Source: Eledone cirrhosa (Eukaryota). From it: a DNA stretch of 64,000 bases. The notes under the pieces were generated by a model, which did not search any database, was not told where the DNA came from, and was given only the letters and a program-made list of their open reading frames with translations. The position numbers were made by a program, and so were the translations under genes. Each line of letters starts with the position of its first letter. Position 1 is the first letter of the stretch. Below, piece by piece: positions 30,022-44,590 of this stretch. The stretch spans positions 171,492,001-171,556,000 of the forward strand of contig OZ024741.1 in the NCBI GenBank assembly GCA_964016885.1, in the 5' to 3' direction.

Positions 30022-30126
30022 TACAAGGTGTCCCCAAAAATGTATACACACTTTTATTACCTGTACAGGCAATATTTATTAGAATGCTGTTGGAGTATGT
30101 ATATATATTTGGGGGAACACGCTGTA
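30022..30126. mobile_element. Tc1/mariner-type MITE
   Basis: TA-CAAGGTGTCCCCAAAAATGTATACACACT ... AGTATGTATATATTTGGGGGAACACGCTG-TA. Confidence 0.7.
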
Positions 30127-32829
30127 TACATAGAGAGAACGAGAGACTGACAGAGACCAGAATAGTCTCATGCACCAACAAAAATAACTATAGCTATCAT
30201 CTTTTATGTGAGTGAAAACACTTCCTGAAAAGTAGTATATAGAAAGACTGGAATATATTTGCTCATAGTAACTACTTTAATCTTCTTTTTCTTTTTTTCT
30301 TTTCCTTTTTTCTTTTTTTATCCTTTGATCATTTATTCCTGTGAAGGTTGTGGAGACAGTCTTCAGACAGACTTTCTAATAGCTCTCATCAGAAACAATT
30401 GTCTCCAAATTATTTGGCTGGATCCTCAAGCACAACCAGTTGAGCTTATGGATGTTATCCAACCATCTTGCTCATAGCCTATCTATGAATATGGAGAAGA
30501 TGAGGAGGGGTAAAAGGAGGTAAAATCTGTCCAGCAGTTCTAACTGCATCCCTAGTACCAGAGCTGTGAGCTCTTGATGTGAATCAATAGTTGTTCTATC
30601 TGGAGTGACTCCCTCATCTCTGAGCTATGTACCTGATCAACTAACGTTACTTCACAGACACTTTAGAGGAACCCCAGCAATTCTTGCATTTAATTCAAAT
30701 CCATCACTTGTTACTTGAACTTCTCCACTTGCTTCAGTGTAACTCCACCCCTATGCAGAGTGCGCTGTACAAACTTTCACTAGAGGACAAAGGTTTCAGT
30801 CTTCATACCACTGATTTTCATTTGTACTGTTTAACACTCAGCAGCAAACTTATCCAGTGCTTGTCAGATATCACCTTTTGGTGAATTAATTAGTATCATC
30901 CAGAAGGATGAACGACAAATTGAGACTCCGTGTGATTTGAATTCAGAATGAAAAGAGTAAGAACAACTACTGCTAAGCACGTATTTGTCTGATGTCTCAA
31001 CAACTCTGCCAATTCCACATATATATACAAGTAACTTTATTCAAATGGTGGATTAGCAATTGATTATACTATTACTCAAAGTTGTAATGTGACTGATTGT
31101 TAATCCCACATTTGTATTAAGTTATTAAACTCAACATTTTTGTATTGAACTCTCTATTGTTTAAAATTATATATATAAAGTGTGTGTGTCAGAATAAGAA
31201 CTAAATTAGATTTAAATTGATCTTAATGATGATAAGTAGCCTTAATTAGTTCAATAGCACAGTTTTGCTTCTTATCATCTTGCAGTGTAAATTGCCCAGC
31301 TAGATCACATGTTTAGCAGAAATGTCTTGGTAGACTGACTACATAGTATAGTGTAAATGGTATGATGGCATACACACTAAAGTAACTATGTCTCATTGAT
31401 TCTAACTAGGCATCTGTAGGTATCATGAATGTGAACACACCATTGTATTCTTACCTTTGTCAACAATTCTCCAAGCCTTCCTTCCACTTTGGTTATGGCT
31501 TCCTTTTAATAAACAATTCATTGAAAGTGAGAGGTGAAAAACGTCTTGACCATCCCAAATGTATTCAACACACACATATGCACACTTATGCACACACACA
31601 GATAAAGATAAATACTCTCATACAAACATACAAAATATTCACAATCTGAAATGTAAAAATACATATATAGACATAGACACATACACACACATACCACTAA
31701 CATTATCCTTGTCATTACTCTCATCTTCATCATCATTACCATATCCTCATAAGTAACAGCACAACTATGACCACAATCATCACCATTTTCATCGTCATCA
31801 CAATGGTTGCTCTCATCTATCAACAGTCTTTTCCTTCCACCTCCTCTTACACAGCCCCTAACACCTACCCACCTCCTTATTCTCTTCATCAGTGTTTGAC
31901 ATCTACATTTGAAGTCTATTTTCGTCTGATATCTGCTTCCGTCTCCTCACAAGCATACCTACTTGCTGGTTTTGCTGCATACATTAACATACATTAGCAT
32001 AGATTTTCTATGTAACTCAGCTAGCTACTTGACACTGCTACATAATAGATATACATTAAGTAGAGGTGTATACTGCAAAAAGTGTATTTATATATACATA
32101 TGTATGTGTCTGTATAATTATGTCTTATGTGCATTTTGTAGCACATTGTGATTTGACTATTATTTCTAGCAGTTTCATGATATAAATACATTAAGATGTA
32201 TACTTTATATGGTATATGTGTGTGTGTGTGTGTATTTTCTAAGAGACTGTATTGGGATTTGAGAGCATTGATATAAGTTGGCTGATATTTTATGCAAGCT
32301 GAGTGACTGCAGAGAAGCTCTCTTGCGTGTCATTGTGATTTAAAGTTATATTACTAACAAGGGAAAAAATGTCTTTGTTTTATTGTCTGGCTTATTCCAT
32401 CTCCATGTATCTATCACTGTAACTCTACCATTATCTACTACCCTACTGCCCTTTCTTTTGTTCATATTCTTGGCCATTACTCTCTCCAGTTGACACTCTT
32501 GGTTATGTTTACTTTGAAAGAATTGGGACAATGAAGAGAAGATTCCTTAATCTTGTTGGAGACAAATCAAGCTCACTAGAGCAGGTGAGACAATAAAATG
32601 CAGCTATTACATTCTACAACTAGAGATAATATAATACAAGATGATCCTTTAGTCTGGCCAGGGGAATGATAGAAGTTGATGTTAGGAAGGGTATTTAGCA
32701 ATAGAAACAGTGCCAACAATAGACAATACAAGGAAGATGTTGATCTCCAGCCTGTCAATGAATGTAGAATTGAATAAGAACTGACTTGGGCCATGAAAAT
32801 CCATCCAACCCATGCCAGTATGGAAAGTG

Positions 32830-32981
32830 GACATGATATAATGATAATTGTTTCTACTTTAGGCACAAGGCCAGCAATTACCCAGTGCATTACTGGTACT
32901 TTATTTTATCGACCCCATAAGGATGAAAGGCAAAGTCAACCTCGGCGGGATTTGAACTCAGAGACATGATATAATGATAAT
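32830..32981 (-). mobile_element. 5'-truncated SINE-A with 19-bp TSD, inserted in an RTE tail
   Basis: TSD GACATGATATAATGATAAT at both ends. Confidence 0.9.
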
Positions 32982-33769
32982 GATCAGAGATCTAAGCCTG
33001 AGAAAAAAAAGAGGAGGAAATGTTGTTTCCAGGGTTGTTGTTGTAGGAAACAACAGATTCAAATATATTATCTATTCTTAGACCAAAGACTGGAGAATTG
33101 AAAAGACTGGACTTCATTATAGTCTCACCACCAAGGGCTTGGTGGTGATGTCAAACTGGGAGATGGACTAAATCTACTATCAACGAAGAAATGCAGGATA
33201 TACAACAGGCATCTGTAAAGTGTTTGTCTGCCAAATTTCACTCACAAGCTTTCATGCCATTTTTCTGTTATATTAGCATATATCTCCTCACTAGCACACT
33301 TATTTTATGATTATGCTGCATACATTAGCATACATTAACATACATTTAATGAAACTAACCTAGTTATTTGAAACTAGTATAATATAGGCCAATCTATTAT
33401 TGGGGTGACCTAAGGTTGTGGTAGAAGACATAAAGGTGGCATGTAGTGGGATTGAACTTGGAACCTCGTGATTAAGAATCAAACATCTATTATGTAACAA
33501 CATGACACCATGCTTGAAAGTCTGTGCATAATTCTCAACTTTCCCGCTTCCATACTAAGATTCCTCAATAATTGTAGTCTATAATGAATTAATTAAATAA
33601 CTAAGAAATTTTCTCTCCTAATTTACATTTCTAAAAACAATGTTAGCCATCTAAAATAGATTGAAACAAAATTAACAAATCATTGATATTTTTTGTTTAT
33701 TTATTGTTTTGTATTGTTTTCCATGTCAGCTATTGTGATGCAATTTGTTTTGTTTTTTACTATGTGAAA

Positions 33770-33968
33770 TAATAATTGCTTCTACTTTAGACACAAGGCC
33801 AGCAATGTGGGGGAGGGGAAAGTCAATTAAATTGACCCCAGTGCATTACTGGTGCTTTATTTTATTGACCCCATAAGGATGACAGGCAAAGCTAAACTCG
33901 GTGGGATCTGAACTCAGAACATAAAGGATCGCTATTATATGCCACAAAGCAAGTTGTCTGACACCCTG
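33770..33968 (-). mobile_element. SINE-A (long variant)
   Basis: Family match. Confidence 0.85.
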
Positions 33969-35249
33969 ACACTTTCACGGTGTGAAATAATAATGAGAAT
34001 AAGAAGAATGTAAATAAGTAAAATGATGTTGATAAGGTTAACCATAATGGGGTTATTGAAAATATAAACAATATGTCAATAGGTGTCTTGGGAATGATTA
34101 AGAAACAATGCAGTAAAATATATAGCCAAAAATAGCAGTATATTTTACAAATACACACCTTAGAAAAATAACACTAATAGACACTGACCGCATGCTTACA
34201 TTCAGTACTCCAGGACATATATACACAACAGTCAGCAAAATAGGACTCCTTCACACCAGTTGCCATTGAGACCTCAGACATACTTAGACCCTGAGCACCT
34301 CTGTAAGATTGGAATGTCAGCAGCCCATTTAAGGAGCCTTGAAGGAGCCCTGCGAGATAGAGTGGCTGTTGCAGCTAGTGTCACTGGCCATTGTCTGCAG
34401 GAATGCTTTTGCGGTCTTGTCTGAGGGGTGCAGCCCCAACACTGCTGCACCCTAGGCCAGAGCCCATCATCCTCCCCCTTACTCCCTCTTTCCCATTTTT
34501 CTGTGACCCTACAGCCTCTTTGCCTTTCCCTTCCTTTTACGTTTTTGATTATTAATAAAGAAATATTTATAAACTAACATGAAAATGTGTATCAAAAAAG
34601 AGAAGTTTTTATTTCTAATTATGTAGATTATCCCATGACTTGCACACTGACACACAACATAAAGTAAATGTGACTACTAGGCACAGACCCAAGCATGTAA
34701 CAAACTACCTACATGAGTTGTTAGCTGTCGAGACACTGCATCCTTTAAAACCTCCATGCTTCCTGAAATTCGCCAACACTATACCTGATATTTCCCCTCC
34801 ATTCACATGCATAGATGTATATCATGACTCATACACTGTTCATTTTCCTGACATTTGTACATTATTCTGTGCCCAATACATGCACCTTTGATGAGTTGTA
34901 GTACACCTGAGCACTGTACACAATAATTTCATTACTATTTTACATACACACACACACACATATGCATCAGTGTGTTGAAAAAAATTCTAGTTACTTAAAT
35001 TACAAAGTATTTCATTGGTATTATTACTATTATTATAAAGTATTCCAAAACTTACAGATATCAAAGCAAACAGCAAAAGAACAGTTCAAGACACAACACA
35101 CATTAATTATGTAGAATATTACAGAACTTACTCATCTACGAAACAGAAAATAGCACAACTTGGCACAACACTCATATGTAGACGACTCAACGACTAACAT
35201 AGATATACAATAATTAGCAAAATATCTGTAATAGACACTTCACATGTTT

Positions 35250-35427
35250 TGTTTCTACTTTTGGCACAAGGCCAGCAATTATCCCGGTGCATTACCGGTG
35301 CTGTATTTTATCGACCCCAATAGAATGAAAGGCAAATGTAACCTCAACAGGATTTGAACTCAGAACATAAAGGGCCATAAATCTATACTACAAAGCATGG
35401 TGTCTGGCGCTCTACCGATACAGCCAA
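35250..35427 (-). mobile_element. SINE-A
   Basis: Family match. Confidence 0.85.
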
Positions 35428-35682
35428 AATGCCCAATGACTTTTACATATACAAAACGAGCAGCAGCATAATACTACTAGACATAGCATACATATATACC
35501 ACAAGATATACACATCATATTGAAAATAGCACCACTAGGCATTGCAACACATATTACATAGAATACTCCATGGCATACATATATACATAACATACAGAAA
35601 ATAACACCAGTCATTGCACACACATTATGTAAAGTATTCCCAGGACTTACACACATAAATAACAAGCAGCATTATGCTTCAA

Positions 35683-35873
35683 TTGGTGGATTGGCAGTAT
35701 TGGTAGAGTGTCAGACACCATGCTTTGCAGTATAGAGTTATGGCTCTTTACGCTCTGAGTTCAAATGCCGCCAAGGTTGTCTTTGTCTTTCATAATTAGA
35801 TGGTTGATAAAATAAAGCACCAGTAATGCACTGGAGTAATAGCTGGCCTTGTGCCAAAAGTAGAAACAATTAT
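35683..35873 (+). mobile_element. SINE-A
   Basis: Family match. Confidence 0.85.
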
Positions 35874-35881
35874 GTTTCAAT

Positions 35882-36118
35882 TTAACACTTTAATGTTCAA
35901 ACCGGCCAAAACCGGCCAAAACCGGTCATAGTTCTCTAGCTCTTTCAGTTGAAACTGGCTGTAACTTGTCACTCAAACTGATGTTAAGGTATTGTTCTCA
36001 AAATAAATACTTTCAAAATCTCATAGATTCGATATTATGTGAGATATTATGTGAGGTAAAGCCTTTACCATGAAAATATAATAGTATATATAGAGTAATG
36101 TGAAGGCTAAAGGGTTAA
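35882..36118. mobile_element. piggyBac-type MITE
   Basis: TTAA-CACTTTA...TAAAGGG-TTAA; homologous to 6200-6428. Confidence 0.7.
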
Positions 36119-36526
36119 TATAGCATACATATTAGATAGAGCACTTGCACGTATACAAAAAAATAACAATGCTACTAGATACTACACATAAATTATGTAG
36201 AGTGGTTCACAACTTTTTTTCATATATGTTTTAAAAAAAACCACAAGCAGTAAAATAGTAATACTAGACATTACATGCATATTAATTATGAACATTACCC
36301 CAGGAATTACACAGATACACAACAGAGAAGAATATAGAACGACTAGACGTAACATACATATATTTAGAGTACTTTCAATAGTATAAAAAGACACAATAGT
36401 AAAAAATAAAACACTGAACAGGAAGATATAAGTATGTAAACATTTGAAAAGGTGAAGGAAGACATAAGAAGATTTAAAAGAATAAAAACAGCAACAAATG
36501 ATAGCTGAATAATTGGTAAAATGGAG

Positions 36527-36609
<83 letters not shown>

Positions 36610-36632
36610 TTGTTTGTGTGTGAGTATGTATG

Positions 36633-36675
<43 letters not shown>

Positions 36676-36693
36676 TGTGTGTATATATATATG

Positions 36694-36729
<36 letters not shown>

Positions 36730-36736
36730 TATATAT

Positions 36737-37125
36737 GGAAGCACATGGCTTAGTGGTTAGAGCATTGGCCTTGCAATCGAAAGGTTGTGAGTTCAATTCT
36801 CAGACCGAGTGATGTGTTGTTTCCTTGAGCAAGACACTTTATTTCGCATTGCTCCAGTTTACACAGCTGTAGAAATGAGATGATAGGGACTGGGGTCCCT
36901 ATCATTCCACTGCAAAGTGGTCGTGGTGGTGCCACGGCAAAAAAGCACCCAGCCCACACTATAAAGTGTCTTGTAGGCGCCATGGAAAAAAAGCACTCAG
37001 CACTCACTGTAAATGAGGTTTGTGTTAGGAAGGGTATCCAGCTGTAGAAATCAAGCCAGAATCAGTTCCCATCTGACCCTTGCAAGCAGGGAAAAGCGGA
37101 CATAAAAATGATGATGATGAAATGA
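36737..37125 (+). mobile_element. SINE with tRNA-derived head and RTE-derived 3' tail
   Basis: SINE-B head joined to RTE 3' UTR motif GTGTTAGGAAGGG.ATCCAGCTGTAGAAA and (GAT)n tail. Confidence 0.85.
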
Positions 37126-37147
37126 TAGATATATATGTGTATATATA

Positions 37148-37445
37148 TCATTTGATTTCATTTCATTTTACGTCCCATTTTCCTTGCTTGCAAGGGTCGG
37201 ACGGGATCTGATTCTGGCTTGATTTCTACAGCTGGATGCCCTTCCTAACACCAACCTCATTTACAGTGAGTGCTGGGTACTTTTTTGCCGTGGCACCTCC
37301 ACGACCACTTTGCAGTGGAATGATAGAGACCCCAGTCCTTATCATCTCATTTCTACAGCTGAGTAAACTGGAGCAATGTGAAATAAAGTGTTTTGCTCAA
37401 GGAAACAACACATCACTGCTCTAACCACTAAGCCATGTGCCTCCA
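37148..37445 (-). mobile_element. Inverted second copy of the same SINE
   Basis: Reverse complement of 36737-37125 with two internal deletions. Confidence 0.85.
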
Positions 37446-37593
37446 TATATATGTATATATATATCTATATATGTGTATGTATGTATATATGTGTGAGTGT
37501 GTGTATGAATATTTTATATATATATATATATATGTGTGTATGTATGAATGTTTTATATATATATATATATATATGAGTGTGTATGTATAAATG

Positions 37594-37648
<55 letters not shown>

Positions 37649-38444
37649 TAGAAAATAGGAAAACAATTGCACACACTGTGAGATTGAGACTATGTTATTT
37701 CAGGTTAATAGCTGCTTCGTTAAATGTTAATACTGAAGATTAACAATTAAATACTTTTATCCCAAACCCAACCACACACCATTCACTACCTGTATTTAAA
37801 GATTTAAACTGCTAAACTACTTTTGTTGAAATATATGTCATGTGTATGTATGTGGAAGTATGTATATAATGAAGGTATGTATATATAATGAATGTATATG
37901 TTTATGTATATATGTTTTGTGTGTTTATGTGTTTATGTGTGTGTGTGTTTACGTTTGTGTGTTTCTGTATGTATGTGTGCGTGTGTGTGTAATTATTTAT
38001 GTATATATGTATAAATCATCATCATTTGTATGTCAATTTTCCCATGCTGGCATGTTTTAGATGTGTCCTTTCCAACACAGCATCCCTTCACTTGTCTCCT
38101 TCCTTTGTAAAGTTCAGCAAACTAAGATCACCTTTAAACACATCTGCTCAAGTCTTTCTTAGCTTAACTCTACAACATCTGATTCCTATTATACCCAGTT
38201 TCTTTTCTCAACCCATCTCATCTACACCTAATTTCCTTAAGAACCATTATATGATTTCCAGATCTATAAAATATATGTATAGCAGCAGTGCTGGATTTAG
38301 GACAAATGAGGCCCTGGTCTAGTTAAGTTATGAGGCTTTACTAGGGCTCTGAAGGAAGTAAGACATTTTTGGCTGGAAGTTGGGACCCCCTGGCCAACGT
38401 GGTCCTGTGCTTAAGCACACATAAGCACAATGGTAAATCCAGCA

Positions 38445-39440
38445 CTGTATAGCAGCTTACACTTAGCTAGGAACTTCTCTTGTAGCTGTCTTACCAAGAA
38501 AAGGACATCTTCTGTGCTCCCACCTGGCACAAAATCAAACTGCATCTCATCTAATTTGATTATTTGTCTAATCAGTAATGCTAAAACTTTTTCTACCAAT
38601 TTCATGACTTGATTGATCCATTTGTTTAATGCCTTTATAGTTCCTCCTTTCTAGAGCCTCATTTTTCCTTGATCATACTGCTACATCAGTCATTAGGTAT
38701 TACTCCATCATATATTGCTATACTAATAACTCAATCAAGTTCTACATCTCCAGATGATTTCAGCATTGCAGCAACTACCTCTAATGAACAAGATTGCTTC
38801 TTTGACCGTACAATTATCAGCCTTATTAGCTAGTCCCTCTGTTGCATATGCTGGGGTAGTTTCTATTCTTATTACTCATTCTCCACATTCAGCAATCTCT
38901 CATTTCCAAGCTTCTTTTTAATTTTTGAGCATTGGTATAGCTAATTTCTTTCTAAATGCACTTTCCCCAACAACATTATGACACTCACGGACACACTGCA
39001 TTGCAATGCAGAATATTTCATACATTTGATCCTCAAGTTTAAACACATTGGCAAACCTCCTGCATTCAGCTACTCTACATGCTATGTAAACTTGTCACCT
39101 AGCTTCTCCTTTAGCTACTTGATATTATTAGTTTGAAATACAACACTATTTCACCATCTAGTCACCTTTTATCAGTCTGTTACTTTGTTCCATCCATAGG
39201 TCTTGTCAGTAGTTCATAACAAGTTCTCACTTAGAATCTTCCAGTTGTCCTTTATTTTATATATATCTATCCCCTACTCCCTTACATCGTACATGTCACT
39301 TAGATAATTTCTGAACAGAGAGATCCTTTAATTTCCAAACAAACCTCCTCCAGGTTGTCTTATATTTTAATTCCAGCTGGTTCTTATTCTTATATATTTG
39401 CATTATGGGCTTCTGAACAGTGTCTGTCAACCAAACTCAT
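38445..39440 (-). mobile_element. Degraded RTE LINE
   Basis: KLDEMQFDFVPGGSTEDVLFLVRQLQEKFLAKCKLLY. Confidence 0.8.
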
Positions 39441-39970
39441 CTTACAAGACTTTGGTTCTCTTACTAGGTATTGGTTTACAGACTATAGTAAAAACGTTCA
39501 ATTTTAAATTTTATTTCTCTGACTGGCAATAGGTTAAATGGGATTCCATAATCACTACATCATTCAGGGATACACATGAAATACAAAACCTGTTCACATG
39601 TATGTGTACCAACAGTAATACCAAAAACATTAATGTAACTGCCACCTTTCTTTAAATGTATATTTAGTTTCCATCATTTAGTTTCCATTAAAATGTTCTT
39701 TTTTTCTTTTTTTTTTTTTTGTAAAATACAATCTGTATTCTACTACTTCTTTTGAGTTCTTATTCAGTTAATGTTTGTTTCTATGTATAAGTATATATAA
39801 CGCACTCCCATTAACACATATAAATACACACACACATTTATATGCATAATTATATATACATTTATATAGATAACTGTGTATATTTGAAAATATATTCATC
39901 TCTCTTTCACATGTGTGTGTGTGTGTATATATTTATATATATAATATGTATGTGTGTGTCTGTGTGTATC

Positions 39971-40009
<39 letters not shown>

Positions 40010-40741
40010 GTGTGTGTGTGAGAGAGAGAGTGTTTGAGTGCAAGTATATTTTTTTTTAGTGAGACAGGTTTTATTTTCTGTTCTGTGTATTTCATTATTA
40101 CTCACAGAAAAGATTAGGTAGTGTTTCAGATATGCTCCAAGGTCACATCTCATCTCACTCACCCCACTAACTACCTTCCCATCCCAGACATGTTAGCACC
40201 ATAAACCTCCCCTCCACTTCTCACTATCTTCCCCAACACCATTCTATCTGCACCCAGGTATGTTGTCCTAATTTTATTTCTTTGTGTTTATTTTTTCTAA
40301 TTGTGTTTATGTTCCATATTTTGGTTTGATTTATCTTTCTTTCTTTCTCTTTTCATCACATCTTGTCTTTCTTTCTTCTTTGTTTCCTTTTTTTTCTTTC
40401 TTTCTCTCAGTCTTTATTTTCCTTTCAGTTTTTCCTTTCTTTCTTTCCCTCTTCTCTTGTCTTTCTTTTATTTTTCTTTCTTTCTCTCACACTTGCCTTT
40501 TGGTTAAGTTCTAGACTTAATGCATCAGCTGGTTTAGCAGCACCGCCTCTTCTATGAGTACCTTTAGATGATTCTATTCTGTTGTCAGCTCTTCAGTTTT
40601 GGGGATATCTTCTTCCCTCATTCCTACCAGTCTTAGGGGCCCTCAAAATGATCATGAGCACTGCGTTTCTCTCCTTGACTAAACAGAAAAATCTCTCATA
40701 TGCACTTAAATACATGATCATATAAACATATACATAATTCT

Positions 40742-41078
40742 TGAAGGTGTATGGCTTAGTGGTTAGAGCAAAGGGTTTGCAATCAGAAGGTTTTGAGTTC
40801 GATTCTCGGATAGGGTGATGTGTTGTGTCCTTGAGCAAGACACTTTATTTCATGTTGCTCCTGTTTACTCAGTTGTAGAAATGAGTTGCGATGTAACTGG
40901 TGCCAAGCTGTATCAGCCATTGCCTTTCACTTGGACATCATCAGTAGTATGGAGAGAGGAGGCTGGTATGCATTGGTGACTGCTGGTCTTCCACAAACAA
41001 CCTTGCCCAGATTTGTGCCTCAGAGAGAAACTTTCTAGGTGCAAATCCTATGGTGATTCGTGACCAAAGGGGGGTTTC
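40742..41078 (+). mobile_element. SINE-B
   Basis: TGGCTTAGTGGTTAG and GAGTTCGATTC boxes; family body. Confidence 0.85.
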
Positions 41079-41113
41079 TCCTCTCCCCAATTCTTAAAAT
41101 AGGAGCACCCTAA

Positions 41114-41303
41114 ATTGACTACAGAAAATAATTTAATATTAAGGAATATGCACCCCAATAGCAGAAAAAATGGGTATTAGCATACATAGGAGTGAAACCC
41201 ACCAATTACATACTAGATAAGAGGTTTGGATTCGATTCCCACACATGCTAATGCCCATTTTTTTCTATTTTTTTCTAATATTAAATTATTTTCTGTAGTC
41301 AAT
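41114..41303. repeat. Interrupted inverted repeat (MITE-like hairpin)
   Basis: 28-bp perfect outer arms ATTGACTACAGAAAATAATTTAATATTA; inner arms AGAAAAAATGGGTATTAGCAT / ATGCTAATGCCCATTTTTTTCT. Confidence 0.8.
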
Positions 41304-41369
41304 ATATGACAAAAGCTATTCTGTTTTCAAAATTTTCAATCGCCACTGTATCCTAATTCACATATCCTT

Positions 41370-42035
41370 ATCATCATCATCATTTTACGTCCACTTTTCC
41401 AAGCTTGCAGGGGTGGAATGGGTCCTCTTCAGCAAAGCATTTCTCTAGTTGTCATGGTCCTTCATCATCTCCTCTATGAGCTTCAGCGATCTGAGGTCAA
41501 CTCTGACCACCTCTGCTCATGTTTTCTGTGGTCTTCCTTCCACTGGGATTACCTGGCACTTCTTCACCCAGCGATCATCATTCATGCACATCACATGGCC
41601 ATACCAATGTAGTCTTCTCTCCTGCACACTACAGTTTATTCCTCGTATACACAGTTTCTCTCTCAACCTGACCATGCTTGGCTGCTCACACACTTTAACA
41701 TTTCACATTCATTGGAGTATACTTGCTTCATTTCTCTCCAGTGTTCGCATATTTTCTGCAATTGCTGCCCACGTCTCACTACCATGCAGCATCGTTCATC
41801 TCACATTGGCATTATACAATTGACCTTTTGTTTGCAAGGAGAAACCCTTCATTGTCAACAGGAAGCAGCTCCCTAAACTTCCTGTCTGTATTCTATATAC
41901 TATGGCCTTGAAGCATCCCCCCACCTTGCTAATTTGATCACCTAGATATCAGAAGCTATCAACCACCTCTATAGATCCTAAATGCATTTGAAAAATGTGC
42001 CAATCACTGACATTTCTACTATAAATTTTCCCTGA
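41370..42035 (-). mobile_element. Degraded RTE LINE 3' part
   Basis: Antisense ORF HITWPYQCSLLS mirrors the antisense ORF 54472-54843; (CAT)n tail. Confidence 0.85.
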
Positions 42036-43397
42036 ACATCTAATACATACAAATATATACATAATTATATAAACTCATGCATATGTAAATGAATCGAAGC
42101 CTATGTTTATATATTTATACTTACACAAGCATATATATTTGTGTCTATACTTTATACAACAATTAATTTTAGTTATTCATTTGTTTATATATTAGTATAT
42201 TTATATTTATTTGCCTAGTTTGTATTAAATGTTTATAATAGATTCAACCTGTAATCTCTTATTGAATAAAGAAGAAATACATTGTGAGTGAAATGTGTTT
42301 GACATTTAACTGGGAAGATGATGATATAAACATTCAGTTTGGGTTGTGAATTTTTCAAGTTTGTATCTCTGATTTTTCTGTCTGTCCTTTGTTTTGTTAG
42401 CATCTCACATGCACATCCAACAGAATGGCCGACATTTTGTTGCACAACTTGCATTGTAAATACAGTACCCTTCTAATCCACGAAACAGCACTGCCAGAGG
42501 GAGTGCTGTTAAGATGACAATTCATTTGTCTGACCATGTTATGTAACTTCATTTTCTTATAACATATATTATTTTATATAATTATGCACTTTTGTATTCA
42601 AAATAATCTTTTGATACTTCTGAAATTTCACTTCTATATATATATCGATGATGATAACCTTTAAAGTTTTTATTTTGTGTAGACAATTTTCACTTTAAAT
42701 TACTGCTGAATTATCATTGTCAACATTCTATATTTACCCACTACATAATTTCTATATATTTGCCTTATGTACTAATTGAACATTCAATATTTTATATATG
42801 CATTTACATATGTACATAACCATGCATGAGACTGTCTCTGTGCAAATGTTATATAGTATCAGAAGAAAGACAGCCATATTGTTACCTGATCAGCCATCTT
42901 GCTTTAATGCAATAAGGCTGCTTACACTATATATATATATATATCATCATCATCATCATCATCTTTTTACCTCCATTCTTCTTTGTTAGCATGGGTTAGA
43001 CGAGTTGTCATGTTGTGGGCAATGCCAGGTCAGGTGACCATGTCTTGCTGAGACAGAACAGATTTGGGCTTGATTTCTACAGCTGCATGCCCTTCCTAAC
43101 ACCAACCTCATTTACAGTGACTACTGGGTGCTTTTTACCATGGATCTTACACAACCCCTTTACAGTGTGGACTGGGTGCTTATTTGTCATGACACCTACA
43201 CCTATATATATATATATATATATATATACAAGTATATTTAGCTACCTACATACCTATATATATACATATTATTATATTATGGCTAAATAGTCAGTCTTGT
43301 TACTCTGGAGTTTTGCCAGTTTATCACAATGTCATCAGACAAGGACTAGCGTTTTGATAACAGACGCAGTATAAATAAAAGAAGACTTGGGGTATAT

Positions 43398-44590
43398 AGG
43401 GGCGGATAAAATTCACGAGATCCATGGACAAGTTCTCTCCAGCGGTGTCTGTCCCTCATTATCGCAGCCATGTCCTGCGTCTGCAACAGACCAGTGTCTG
43501 TCCTTAGGGCATCAACATACGTTAACCTTGGTCTTCCTCTTCCAGTGTGTCCATGTAGGGGCTCCCACAGGAGCACTGAGTGCAATGTCAACTCTGGATG
43601 TCGGTGAGCATGTCCAGCTAACGTCAGTCTCCTCTGTGTCACTTTTGAGCTGACTTTTGGGAGGCTCCTATACAGCTCTGAGTTTTTCATCCTCAGTGTA
43701 TACTGATTAATGTTCAGAGCCATCCTCAGCATTCTCATGTAGCACCCATCCACCATCTGAGTGAGTTTCTTGGTCAGTGTCCAAATCTCAGACCCGTACA
43801 GCAACACAGACTCCACTACAGCAATGAAGAGGCGGATTTTCAGGTCTTTACGAAGGTCCGACTTCCACACCGATCTCAAGCTGTGACACACCACCCAGGC
43901 TTTGCTCTTCCTCTCAACTACATCATCTTCCATATTCCCAATCTTTGCTCCCAAATACAGGAAGCCCTCAACCAATTCTAGCGGCTTCCCGCCTACATTA
44001 GTGATCCCCTCTAGCTTCTCAACATTCTCTACCAGATATTTTGTTTTAGTCTCATTCATTCTCAGCCTCACACTCATCGACACAGTCTCAAACTCCTGCA
44101 TCAAATTCTCTGCCTCCTTCACTGTATTTGTCACCAAAACTATGTCGTCGGCAAATTCAGCATCTGATACCTTTTCGCCTTAACACTCCTGCTCTGAGCC
44201 GGTGCTACAGTAAAGCCAGAGTCTTGGTGTTTCTCCAGTGCAAGGCACATACAATAGTCCACTATGATGATAAAAAGGGAGCCAATGTATCTCCCTGGAG
44301 CACTCCAGCAAGTATTTCAAAGAACTCTGTCATCCCATCAGGTGTAATGACTTGGGCTTTGGTGTTGGTGTAGAGCAGTGATATCAGGTCCACTATCTTC
44401 TTGGGGATTCCATAAGCCTGTAAGGTCTTCATCAGGCAGTGACGGTCCACAGAATCGAAGGCCTTCCTAAAGTCAATGAAAACCATGACCGCTGGAAGGC
44501 ACTTTGCTCTAACTCCCTCTAATATCCTCCTCAGCATCAGGATGTGACTGGCGGTTGATCTTCCCTCTCTGAAGCCGTTCTGGTTGTTGG
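43398..44590 (-). mobile_element. RTE-clade LINE, 5'-truncated RT fragment with frameshifts
   Basis: QNGFREGRST..FIDFRKAFDSV..GVLQGDTLAPFL; EFADDIV; FLYLG; VESVLLYGSEIW; GRGRPRLTYVD. Confidence 0.92.

Noticed and set aside
36737-36810. tRNA gene
   Set aside because: A/B boxes run directly into a SINE body repeated many times; no clean cloverleaf
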